From positions 62,001 through 126,000 of IMG/VR virus record IMGVR_UViG_3300042691_042003: 64,000 bases of DNA. One strand, written 5' to 3'. Below the pieces are notes generated by a model. It saw nothing but the letters and a program-made list of their open reading frames with translations. It was not told the DNA's origin and did no database searches. Below, piece after piece: positions 47,046-55,322 of this stretch (its first letter is position 1; the number at the start of each line of letters is the position of its first letter). The position numbers were made by a program, and so were the translations under genes.

Positions 47046-48170
47046 ATGAAACCAAATCCAAAACCGGTCACTGGATATAGATTGCTTGTTTCTGAACCTT
47101 CGATGAATGATAGCACTGAACAATTCATTCAGGATATAAATGAAGTTTGGAATTCAAGATATCTTACAAATGGCGGACCTAAAGTAATACAATTCCAAGA
47201 AAGATTAAAAGAAAAATATGGATTTCCTAATATATCAGTAGTTGTAAATGGAACTGTAGCTTTACAATCTGCTATTAGATCTCTAAATCTCCCTAAAGGA
47301 GGGAATATTATTACAACACCTTTTACTTGGATATCTACAACATCTTCTATTATTTGGGAAGGATATAAACCTAGATTTGTTGATATAGATCCTTTTACTT
47401 TTAATATTGATCCTAAAAAAATAGAAGAAGCAATTGATGAAGATACGGTTGCTATTCTTGCTGTTCATGTTTTCTCTAATCCTTGTGCTATAGAAGAAAT
47501 TCGTACAATAGCTAATAAGCATGATCTGAAAGTTATATATGATGCCGCTCATGCCTTTGGTGTTCAATATAAAGGAAAAGATGTTTCTCTTTATGGAGAT
47601 ATTTCTATCCATTCTTATCATGCAACAAAAGTTTTTAATACAGGAGAAGGAGGAGCTGTAATTACTTCTGATCGTAAACTATGGGAAAGAATTGAACAAA
47701 TTAAAACTTGTGGTCTTAATGAAAAGAAAGAAATTGTAAGAATTGGTACTAATGCAAAAATTCATGAAATCACTGCTTGTATAGGACTAACTAATTTAGA
47801 AATTGTAGATAAATCAATTCAATACAGAAAAGAACTTTTCGAAAAATATTACGAAAATCTTAAAGACCTTGAAAAAGAAGGAAAAATACAATTTCAAAAA
47901 TTTAATAAAAGCTCTTATAATTTTTCTTATTTACCTATTGTTTTCAAAGATGAAGAAACCGTTATTAAGATAGATAAATCTCTACGAGAAGAACTAATTA
48001 TGTGTAGGAGATATTTTTATCCTTCTTTAAGTAGTCTTAAATGGGCTTATGGACAATCATGTCCTATATCTGAGGATATTTCAAAAAGAATCCTTTGTTT
48101 TCCTTCTCATGATAGAGTTACAAATGAAGATATAAAAATAATTTGTTCAAAAATTAAAGAATGTTTATGA
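47046..48170 (+). CDS. DegT/DnrJ/EryC1/StrS PLP-dependent sugar aminotransferase (VioA-like)
   Basis: LTNGGP, NGTVAL, ITTPFT, FVDID, YDAAHAFG, SYHATKVFNTGEGGA, GTNAK, RRYFYP. Confidence 0.93.
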   Translation: MKPNPKPVTGYRLLVSEPSMNDSTEQFIQDINEVWNSRYLTNGGPKVIQFQERLKEKYGFPNISVVVNGTVALQSAIRSLNLPKGGNIITTPFTWISTTSSIIWEGYKPRFVDIDPFTFNIDPKKIEEAIDEDTVAILAVHVFSNPCAIEEIRTIANKHDLKVIYDAAHAFGVQYKGKDVSLYGDISIHSYHATKVFNTGEGGAVITSDRKLWERIEQIKTCGLNEKKEIVRIGTNAKIHEITACIGLTNLEIVDKSIQYRKELFEKYYENLKDLEKEGKIQFQKFNKSSYNFSYLPIVFKDEETVIKIDKSLREELIMCRRYFYPSLSSLKWAYGQSCPISEDISKRILCFPSHDRVTNEDIKIICSKIKECL

Positions 48171-48589
48171 AAAAATTTTTATTTCTACTTCTCTTCTTAA
48201 TTCCTTTTTCTTCTTTTTCACAAGAAAAAACAGATTCGATTCTAAAGGGATTTTATTCTAGGGTTGATCCAAATAGAACTCTTCAATGTTGTGATAGCTC
48301 AAAAACTCTAGAAGAGATTAAAGTTTCTTTTCTTCTCCCTGAAGGAGTTTATCCTAAACATGATTTTAGCCTTAATCGATATTATGAAGAAAATTTAAGT
48401 CCTTCAATCATCGATGAAGTTACTACAAAATTGGTTTCTACTTATTATCGTAAATTTTCAGATAAAAAAACAAAAAAATTTAAAAATAGTTGTTATAACG
48501 TTTTTATCTCTAATAATGTACAAGATGATATTACTTGTGATGTAATATTTATTGTAGGGAGAGTTCATATTGAAATAAAATTTGAATAA
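48167..48589 (+). CDS. Secreted hypothetical protein
   Basis: MKKFLFLLLFLIPFSSFS/Q signal peptide with Gln at +1, a pattern typical of Bacteroidota secreted proteins. Confidence 0.65.
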   Translation: MKKFLFLLLFLIPFSSFSQEKTDSILKGFYSRVDPNRTLQCCDSSKTLEEIKVSFLLPEGVYPKHDFSLNRYYEENLSPSIIDEVTTKLVSTYYRKFSDKKTKKFKNSCYNVFISNNVQDDITCDVIFIVGRVHIEIKFE

Positions 48590-48594
48590 AAATT

Positions 48595-48624
48595 TTTTTC
48601 TTTGCGAAATTTTTATTATATTTG
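48595..48624 (+). promoter_or_regulatory. Host-type promoter upstream of guaC (no TGTTAATAA element)
   Basis: TTTTATTATATTTGTA with TATATTTG at 48617-48624. Confidence 0.62.
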
Positions 48625-48642
48625 TAATATCATCAATCTAAA

Positions 48643-49587
48643 ATGAAATTTGATTATCAAGACATTAATTTAGTACCTAGGAAGTGTTCAGTTAACTCAC
48701 GAAATGAATGTGATACTTCTTGCACTTTAGGGAATCATACATTTAAACTTCCTATAGTCCCTGCAAATATGGAATGTGTAATAACTCCTGCAATGGCTAT
48801 TGAATTTTCAAAAAGAGGATATTTTTATATCTTACACAGGTTCATCTCTTCTAATGAAATTATCCATTTCGTTAGATATATGAATGAAAATCGACTTATT
48901 TCTTCAATTTCTTTAGGAGTTAATGATGATTCAAAACAATTAGTTGAAGATTTAATAACAGAAGGATTAACAGTTGATTTTATTACTGTAGATATTGCTC
49001 ATGGTCATTCTATTAAAATGGAAAAGATGCTTAAATTTCTAAAGAAAAGAATGCCAGAATCTTTTATTATTGCAGGTAATATTTCTACCGAAGATGCAGT
49101 ATACGATTTAGAAGAATGGGGAGCTGATGCAATAAAAGTAGGAATAGGTCCGGGATCTGCTTGTACAACATATCCTTCAACCGGTTTTGGGTCAAGAAAT
49201 TGTCAAGCTTCTATCGTTCAAGAATGTTCTAATGTTTCAAATATTCCTATTATAGCAGATGGAGGAATATCTAATCCAGGAGATATTTCTAAAGCCCTTG
49301 TTTTAGGAGCTTCAATGGTTATGATTGGTGGTATGCTCTCTGGTTTCACTGATTCACCAGGAGACACTGTAGAAAAAGAAAATGGATTATATAAGCAATT
49401 TTGGGGCAGTGCATCTAGTTATCAATCTGGAAAAAGTTCGAGAATTGAAGGGAAATTAAATCTTATTCCTTTAAAAAATCGATCTATTTTTGATGAACTT
49501 GTATATATTGAAGAATGTTTACAATCTTCAATTTCTTATGCAGGAGGAAAAGATTTAAGTGCCTTTTTACAAGTCGATTGGATTTGA
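48643..49587 (+). CDS. guaC: GMP reductase
   Basis: FDYQDINLVP, PIVPANM, DIAHGHS, KVGIGPGSACTT, IIADGGI, SSISYAGG; no CBS domains. Confidence 0.92.
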   Translation: MKFDYQDINLVPRKCSVNSRNECDTSCTLGNHTFKLPIVPANMECVITPAMAIEFSKRGYFYILHRFISSNEIIHFVRYMNENRLISSISLGVNDDSKQLVEDLITEGLTVDFITVDIAHGHSIKMEKMLKFLKKRMPESFIIAGNISTEDAVYDLEEWGADAIKVGIGPGSACTTYPSTGFGSRNCQASIVQECSNVSNIPIIADGGISNPGDISKALVLGASMVMIGGMLSGFTDSPGDTVEKENGLYKQFWGSASSYQSGKSSRIEGKLNLIPLKNRSIFDELVYIEECLQSSISYAGGKDLSAFLQVDWI

Positions 49588-49602
49588 TCCAAAATTTCAA
49601 TT

Positions 49603-49619
49603 CTTACATATTATAAATA
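49603..49619 (+). promoter_or_regulatory. Candidate middle promoter (CTTACATATTA) overlapping a TATAAATA box
   Basis: Upstream of the topoisomerase large subunit gene. Confidence 0.5.
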
Positions 49620-49632
49620 ATCAATTCAATAG

Positions 49633-51468
49633 ATGGAGACTGTAGAAATAAGTAAGAAGTATTCTCTACTAAACGAAATAGAACACGTTCTTAAAAGGCC
49701 AGGAATGTATGTGGGATCAACAAAACCACATGCTTCTTCTGAATTTCTTTTTAATAGAGAACGATTTGAAAAGAAAGAAGTTCAATACAATCCAGGATTC
49801 CTTAAACTTTTCGACGAAATTGTTTCTAATTCAGTAGATGAATCAAAAAGAAATTCTAATCTAAATTACATTCATGTAACTCTTAATGAGAAAACAGGAG
49901 AAATTTCAGTATGGGATAACGGTGGAATTCCTGTTATTATTCATACTGAACATAATATTTGGATTCCAGAACTGATTTTTTCTAATCTACGAGCAGGTTC
50001 TAATTTTGATGATACTCAATCAAGGACAGTTGCAGGAACAAATGGTGTAGGTGCTTCTCTTACTAATATTTTTTCTAAAAGATTTACAATTAAAACTGCA
50101 GACGGTAAAAATCAATTTGTTCAAACATTTTCAGAAAATATGTCTGAAAGAACAAAACCGAAAATTATCGAATCTGATAAAAAATTCACAGAAATTTCTT
50201 ATATAACCGATTTTAAACAATTCGGTATGGATCAAATCGATGAAACCCATATCGATATGATTCGTAAAAGACTTATAGATATTGCAGCTTGCAATCCTCA
50301 TCTAAAAGTACAATTTAATAACGAGAAATTTCGATTTAAAACATTTAAAGAATATGCTGATCTTTATGGTGAAGGCACATTCTATGAAAGATCTGAAAAT
50401 TGGGAAATTGCCTTTTGCCCGTCTAATTCAGGATTTCAATCAATTTCATTTGTAAATTCGATTGAGACAAAAGATGGTGGGACTCATGTAAACTTTATCA
50501 TGGGTCAGACAATTGATAAACTTCGTCATATGATTTGGAAAAAACATAAGGTTGATATTAAGCCTTCTGATATTAAAAATCACATAACGATTTTTATCAA
50601 TTGTACCGTCATCAATCCTTCTTTTTCTTCTCAAACTAAAGAAAAACTTATTACTGAAGTAAAAGATTTTGGATCTACTCATGTTATTTCTGATAAGCTA
50701 ATTAAAATTCTTTTTCAATCAGAAATTGTTGCTTCTATACTCGATTGGATTGAAAGAAAAAAACTTGCAGAAGAACGAGCTCAGTTAAGAAAATTAAATA
50801 AAGATCTTAATACAAGCAAGATTTTAAAGCTAATCGATGCAAAATCTAGAACAGAACGAGATAAATGTGTTTTAGGTATATTTGAAGGTGATTCAGCTAA
50901 ATCAGCAGTAAGACAATATCGAGATCCTCAAATATTTGGTGCTTTTCCTCTTAAAGGAAAATTTCTAAATGTTTCGGAAATGAAAAATACTGATGTAATA
51001 AAAAACGAAGAAGTTGTTAATCTTATGGGTTCTATAGGTCTTCGATTAGGTGAAGAACCTACAAATCTTCGTTATGGTAAAATTCTTATATTTACTGATG
51101 CTGATCCCGATGGTGATGCTATCGCTGCTCTTCTTCTAAATTTTTTCAATCGTTATTGGCCTGAACTTTTCGATCGAGGAATGATTTATCGAGTTCTTAC
51201 TCCTCTTGTTGTTGCAAAGAAAGGTAAATCAGTACAACAATTCTATTCAAAAGAAGAATATGTAGAATGGGAAAAGAAAACCGATACAAAAGGTTGGAAT
51301 GTAGAATACAAGAAAGGACTCGCTGCTCTTGAAGATGACGAGTATCAACAAATCATAACAAATCCTAAAACCGTTCAAATAAAGAATGATCCTCTTTTTA
51401 GAGAATCCCTTGATGCATGGTTTGGTGGAGATTCAAATAAACGTAAAACAAGACTTCTTAAATTTTAA
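49633..51468 (+). CDS. Type IIA DNA topoisomerase large subunit (gp39+gp60, GyrB-like)
   Basis: EHVLKRPGMYVGS, DEIVSNSVD, GTNGVG, EGDSA, PLKGK, TDADPDG, YKKGL. Confidence 0.96.
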   Translation: METVEISKKYSLLNEIEHVLKRPGMYVGSTKPHASSEFLFNRERFEKKEVQYNPGFLKLFDEIVSNSVDESKRNSNLNYIHVTLNEKTGEISVWDNGGIPVIIHTEHNIWIPELIFSNLRAGSNFDDTQSRTVAGTNGVGASLTNIFSKRFTIKTADGKNQFVQTFSENMSERTKPKIIESDKKFTEISYITDFKQFGMDQIDETHIDMIRKRLIDIAACNPHLKVQFNNEKFRFKTFKEYADLYGEGTFYERSENWEIAFCPSNSGFQSISFVNSIETKDGGTHVNFIMGQTIDKLRHMIWKKHKVDIKPSDIKNHITIFINCTVINPSFSSQTKEKLITEVKDFGSTHVISDKLIKILFQSEIVASILDWIERKKLAEERAQLRKLNKDLNTSKILKLIDAKSRTERDKCVLGIFEGDSAKSAVRQYRDPQIFGAFPLKGKFLNVSEMKNTDVIKNEEVVNLMGSIGLRLGEEPTNLRYGKILIFTDADPDGDAIAALLLNFFNRYWPELFDRGMIYRVLTPLVVAKKGKSVQQFYSKEEYVEWEKKTDTKGWNVEYKKGLAALEDDEYQQIITNPKTVQIKNDPLFRESLDAWFGGDSNKRKTRLLKF

Positions 51469-51710
51469 TGAAAACTTACGTACCAGATAAATCTATGAGA
51501 TCTAATCCTCTTTCTAGAACTGAAGGAGGATCTACAATTAAAGTAGTATATCAACATATGGATAAAAATCCTTTTGAAGTGATTTACGAAAATATCAAAT
51601 ATCCACAAAAATATATTGATAGAATAATGAAAGAAAATGTAGGAAACGGGAAAAGTATTTTACAAATTTTTATAAACAACGAAATAACATGGGAAGCAAA
51701 TTCAAAATAG
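51468..51710 (+). CDS. Hypothetical protein
   Basis: 80 aa, coupled by TAATG; RSNPLS...GG, YENIKYP..YI. Confidence 0.65.
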   Translation: MKTYVPDKSMRSNPLSRTEGGSTIKVVYQHMDKNPFEVIYENIKYPQKYIDRIMKENVGNGKSILQIFINNEITWEANSK

Positions 51711-51862
51711 GTGATAAAGTATTTAAACCAAAAGGATATAAATTTCCAGGAATTGTTGTTTCTGTTTTTACAAACACTTCAGGTGATATCCGAATTGTAG
51801 CAGAAATGGAAGATAATGGAATGTTACATATTTTTAGTGAATCCCAGTTAGAATTAAGATAA
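51689..51862 (+). CDS. Small SH3-like protein, 57 aa, R67/DfrB-fold-like (not in ORF track)
   Basis: Manual translation MGSKFKIGDKVFKPKGYKFPGIVVSVFTNTSGDIRIVAEMEDNGMLHIFSESQLELR; stop overlaps the next ATG (TAATG). Confidence 0.7.
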   Translation: MGSKFKIGDKVFKPKGYKFPGIVVSVFTNTSGDIRIVAEMEDNGMLHIFSESQLELR

Positions 51863-53205
51863 TGCAAAAAACTGTTACTGAATATTTAGATAATGAATAT
51901 GCCGCTTATGGCATGTATACTATCGAAAACCGTGCTATTCCTTCCGTGATCGATGGATTTAAACCAACACAAAGGAAAATTATTCACGTTGCAAATAACG
52001 TTTGGAAAGGTTCAAATGATAAACCTACTAAAGTTTTTCAATTTGCAGGTAGAATTGCAGCCGATGCACATTATCATCATGGTGATGCTAGTCTTAATGC
52101 TGCAATTATCGGAATGGCACAATCATTTAAAAATTCAATGCCTCTTCTTGATGGTATAGGACAATTTGGTTCTCTCAGATCTCCTGAACCAGGTGCAGCT
52201 CGTTATATTTCAACAAAATTAAATGGAAACTTTAGGCTATTATACAAAGATTTTGAACTACTCGAAAAGCAAGAGGAAGAGGGTAATGAAATTGAACCGA
52301 GATTTTTTCTACCAATCATTCCTACCGTTTTGCTCAACGGTTCTTCCGGCATTGCTGTGGGCTTTGCTACTAACATACTTAATCGTAACCCAATAGATCT
52401 TATTGATGCTTGTCTTCTTTCTTTAGAAGGTAAAAAATTCGAAGAACCCCTTCCTTGGTGGAAAGATTTTAACGGTATTGTTCAAAAAGTTGAAGGATCT
52501 AATTCATATCTAATTAGTGGATCTTATAATGTTGCAAATACAACTACGGTAGAAATATCAGAATTACCTCCTTCAATGACATATCAAAAATTCGAAGGAC
52601 TTCTTAATTCTCTGCAAGAAAAAGGTCATATTCAGTATTACGACGATAACTGTACGAAGAATGAAATTAAATATATTGTAAAATTTCAAAGAGCAATCCT
52701 TGCAGAAAAGATTAAAAGAGAAATTCTTGAAAATATGTTTAAGATTAATGAATCTGAAACAGAAAATCTTACTTGTCTCGATGAAAAAGGAAAGCTAATT
52801 ATATTTAAAAATGTTACAGAGCTAATTCAATATTTCGTTAAATTTCGTCTTTCATTTTACGATAAGAGAAAAGAATTCATTCTTTCTGATTTACAAAGAC
52901 AATCTAATATCCTAGATAATCGAGCCAAATTTATAAAGCTTATAGTTGAAAAGAAGATTCAAATCAATAATATCCCTAAATCTCAGATAATCGAATCAAT
53001 AGAGAGCCACAAGATTGATAAGAAAGATGGATCTTTTGATTATCTTCTTTCAATGCCAATTTATTCTCTAACAAAAGAAAAATACGAGGAAATACAAAAA
53101 CAATTGGAATCTATTCTTTCTGAAATAGAAAAGACGAAAAAAATCAAACCAATTGATATGTATAAAACCGATCTAAAAGACCTAAGAAAAAAGCTAGTAA
53201 AATGA
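51862..53205 (+). CDS. Type IIA DNA topoisomerase medium subunit (gp52, GyrA-like)
   Basis: RAIPSVIDGFKPTQRK, YHHGD, GQFGS, AARYI catalytic Tyr, NGSSGIAVGFAT. Confidence 0.96.
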   Translation: MQKTVTEYLDNEYAAYGMYTIENRAIPSVIDGFKPTQRKIIHVANNVWKGSNDKPTKVFQFAGRIAADAHYHHGDASLNAAIIGMAQSFKNSMPLLDGIGQFGSLRSPEPGAARYISTKLNGNFRLLYKDFELLEKQEEEGNEIEPRFFLPIIPTVLLNGSSGIAVGFATNILNRNPIDLIDACLLSLEGKKFEEPLPWWKDFNGIVQKVEGSNSYLISGSYNVANTTTVEISELPPSMTYQKFEGLLNSLQEKGHIQYYDDNCTKNEIKYIVKFQRAILAEKIKREILENMFKINESETENLTCLDEKGKLIIFKNVTELIQYFVKFRLSFYDKRKEFILSDLQRQSNILDNRAKFIKLIVEKKIQINNIPKSQIIESIESHKIDKKDGSFDYLLSMPIYSLTKEKYEEIQKQLESILSEIEKTKKIKPIDMYKTDLKDLRKKLVK

Positions 53206-53798
53206 ATCATGTAGTAGTAGGTATTGGAGGACTTGCAAAGCAAGCTTTAAGCACTTTTAATAAAGAAAGGCCTCTTCTTTTTTATGTTAATATGGACATA
53301 GAAGATGATGAATTTTATGAGCACCCTATAATTAAATCTAAAGTAGATCTTCCTAAGACTTTTACTTTTTCCGTTTGTATAGGTGATCCTAAATGGCGTA
53401 AGAAATTCTATGAAGAAATGTCTTCTTTGGGAGGGGATCCTCTTAATACTTATGGAAATTATAATATAATTGAAAAGGTAGATATAGAGAAAGGTAATAT
53501 GTTTCTAAATTATGTTTTAGTAGAGCTAGGATCTAAAATAGGAAGTGGGAATCTTTTTAATTGTTATTCTTCGGTTTTTCATGATGTAGAAATAGGAGAT
53601 TTTAATGAAATAATGCCAGGAGCTAAAATTTTAGGTGGAGCTAAAATAGGTAATTCTTGTAGAATAGGAACTAATTCTGTAATTTTTCCTAAAGTCAAAA
53701 TTTGTGATAATGTTGTTATTGGTTCAGGATCAATTGTTAGAAAGGATATTAACGAATCAGGAACTTACGTAGGATCTCCTATAAGGAGGATAAAATAA
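53202..53798 (+). CDS. NeuD/PglD/VioB-like sugar N-acetyltransferase (left-handed beta-helix)
   Basis: GIGGLAK, IGDPKWR, HDVEIGD, hexapeptide repeats, YVGSP. Confidence 0.88.
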   Translation: MNHVVVGIGGLAKQALSTFNKERPLLFYVNMDIEDDEFYEHPIIKSKVDLPKTFTFSVCIGDPKWRKKFYEEMSSLGGDPLNTYGNYNIIEKVDIEKGNMFLNYVLVELGSKIGSGNLFNCYSSVFHDVEIGDFNEIMPGAKILGGAKIGNSCRIGTNSVIFPKVKICDNVVIGSGSIVRKDINESGTYVGSPIRRIK

Positions 53799-53848
53799 TC
53801 TAATATTAATTTATTATCTTATCATGGATATATAAAATAAAATAATCC

Positions 53849-54097
53849 ATGAACAAAGGGAACAAAGATGAAAAAATCCAAGTTCTCCTTTCTAATGAGG
53901 ATCATCATAAGCTAAAGAATATAATTCTTAATTATTCCATGATGAATGGAAAATTAATGACTTCATCAGCTTATGTTAGGGAATTAATACTTAATCACAT
54001 TAGAGAATATGAAGGAGAACAAAATTCTTTTGTAAACGAAAGGATAAAAGAAATAATACAAAAAACAAAATTTGAAAAAAATATAACACATGAGTAA
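53849..54097 (+). CDS. Small ribbon-helix-helix-like DNA-binding protein
   Basis: KIQVLLS..DHHKL...SAYVRELI. Confidence 0.55.
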   Translation: MNKGNKDEKIQVLLSNEDHHKLKNIILNYSMMNGKLMTSSAYVRELILNHIREYEGEQNSFVNERIKEIIQKTKFEKNITHE

Positions 54098-55049
54098 TTT
54101 TGAAGATGCTGCAAAAAAAGATTTAGAAAAAAGAGAATTTCCTCCTATCCCAGAACAGAATGTTGAATCTAATGAAAAGGTAACTTCTTTAGGTAAAGCT
54201 AGTATGTTTGATGGACCAGAAACTGATGAACCGGTATTACTTCCTGGATATCATGAAATTTGGTCAGAAAATTTTCCGTCTAAAGGAATTTTTTATGCTT
54301 CTAATACTAGATTTTTTATTAGGCCAGCTGAAGTAAAAGAAATTAGACACTTTTCAACAATAGATGAACAAAATCCATTTTCTGTAGATGAAGCTTTAAA
54401 TGAAATTCTTAAATCTTGTTTAATGATCAGACAGCCTAATAAGCAAATGTCTTTTAAAGATCTTAAAGAAGAAGATAGGATTCATGTTATTCTTTCTATA
54501 AGAGAACTTACATTTTCTAAAGGCGAAAATCAACTAGCAATTAAACATACATGTGAAGAATGTGGACATGATAATGAAATTAAGATTGAAAATCGTTCTT
54601 TCCAAAGTAATGATTTAGATCCTAAAATTATGAAATATTTCGACGAAGAAAGCAGGATATTTCATGTTCAAACTAAATCTAATGGGATTATTAAAATGTC
54701 TCCTCCGTCTATAGGAACTATGATGGAAATTACAAAATACATTCAAAAGAAACAACAGGAAAATAAAAAGATAGATCAATCTTTTATTAAAGTTCTTCCT
54801 TATTTAGTTCAAGAATGGAGAGGATTTACTGAATCTACTATCTCAAATTTGGAGGTAGAATTTTTACAATGGTCATCTTCAAAATATCAAACAATGTACA
54901 TGCTTTCTGATATGTGTCGTGTAGGTGTAAAAGAGAAATTATATTCTACTTGCGAAAAATGTCATTCCGGCCTAGAGAGCCCAATAACCTTTCCCGGAGG
55001 CATCAAAAGTCTTTTCGTTGTTTCAGATCTCTCTGGAGAACTTCTTTAA
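54090..55049 (+). CDS. Baseplate hub assembly protein (gp26-like)
   Basis: FPSKG.FY, IRP..VKE, DR..VILSIR, two CxxC pairs (CEECG, CEKC). Confidence 0.75.
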   Translation: MSNFEDAAKKDLEKREFPPIPEQNVESNEKVTSLGKASMFDGPETDEPVLLPGYHEIWSENFPSKGIFYASNTRFFIRPAEVKEIRHFSTIDEQNPFSVDEALNEILKSCLMIRQPNKQMSFKDLKEEDRIHVILSIRELTFSKGENQLAIKHTCEECGHDNEIKIENRSFQSNDLDPKIMKYFDEESRIFHVQTKSNGIIKMSPPSIGTMMEITKYIQKKQQENKKIDQSFIKVLPYLVQEWRGFTESTISNLEVEFLQWSSSKYQTMYMLSDMCRVGVKEKLYSTCEKCHSGLESPITFPGGIKSLFVVSDLSGELL

Positions 55050-55314
55050 GACTAAAACTTATCTTCTCTATCATCTTAGATTACAACCATCTGAGATTGA
55101 AAAAATGCCTTATTACGAGTACGAATTTATCGTACAGAATTTGATAGATATATTAAAAGAGAAGCAAGAAGCAGAAGAAGGACAATCTAAACAATATTCA
55201 GATATGAATCCGAATTCTATGATGAAAAATGCTCAAAAATCTATGCCTAACATGGGTAATTTCAAAGCTCCTTCATTTAGTTTTCCTTCAATGCCTTCAT
55301 CTCTAAAAATATAA
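55018..55314 (+). CDS. Baseplate/tail assembly chaperone (gp51-like); start uncertain
   Basis: LENFFKT...L...PSEIEKMPYYEYE; only TTG start, overlapping gp26-like gene in the +1 frame. Confidence 0.6.
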   Translation: MFQISLENFFKTKTYLLYHLRLQPSEIEKMPYYEYEFIVQNLIDILKEKQEAEEGQSKQYSDMNPNSMMKNAQKSMPNMGNFKAPSFSFPSMPSSLKI

Positions 55315-55322
55315 TCTTATGA

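Noticed and set aside
54914-55144. 76-aa ORF in the -1 frame as the frameshift partner of the gp26-like gene
   Set aside because: Translation has no recognisable pattern; the +1 frame carries the gp51-like motif
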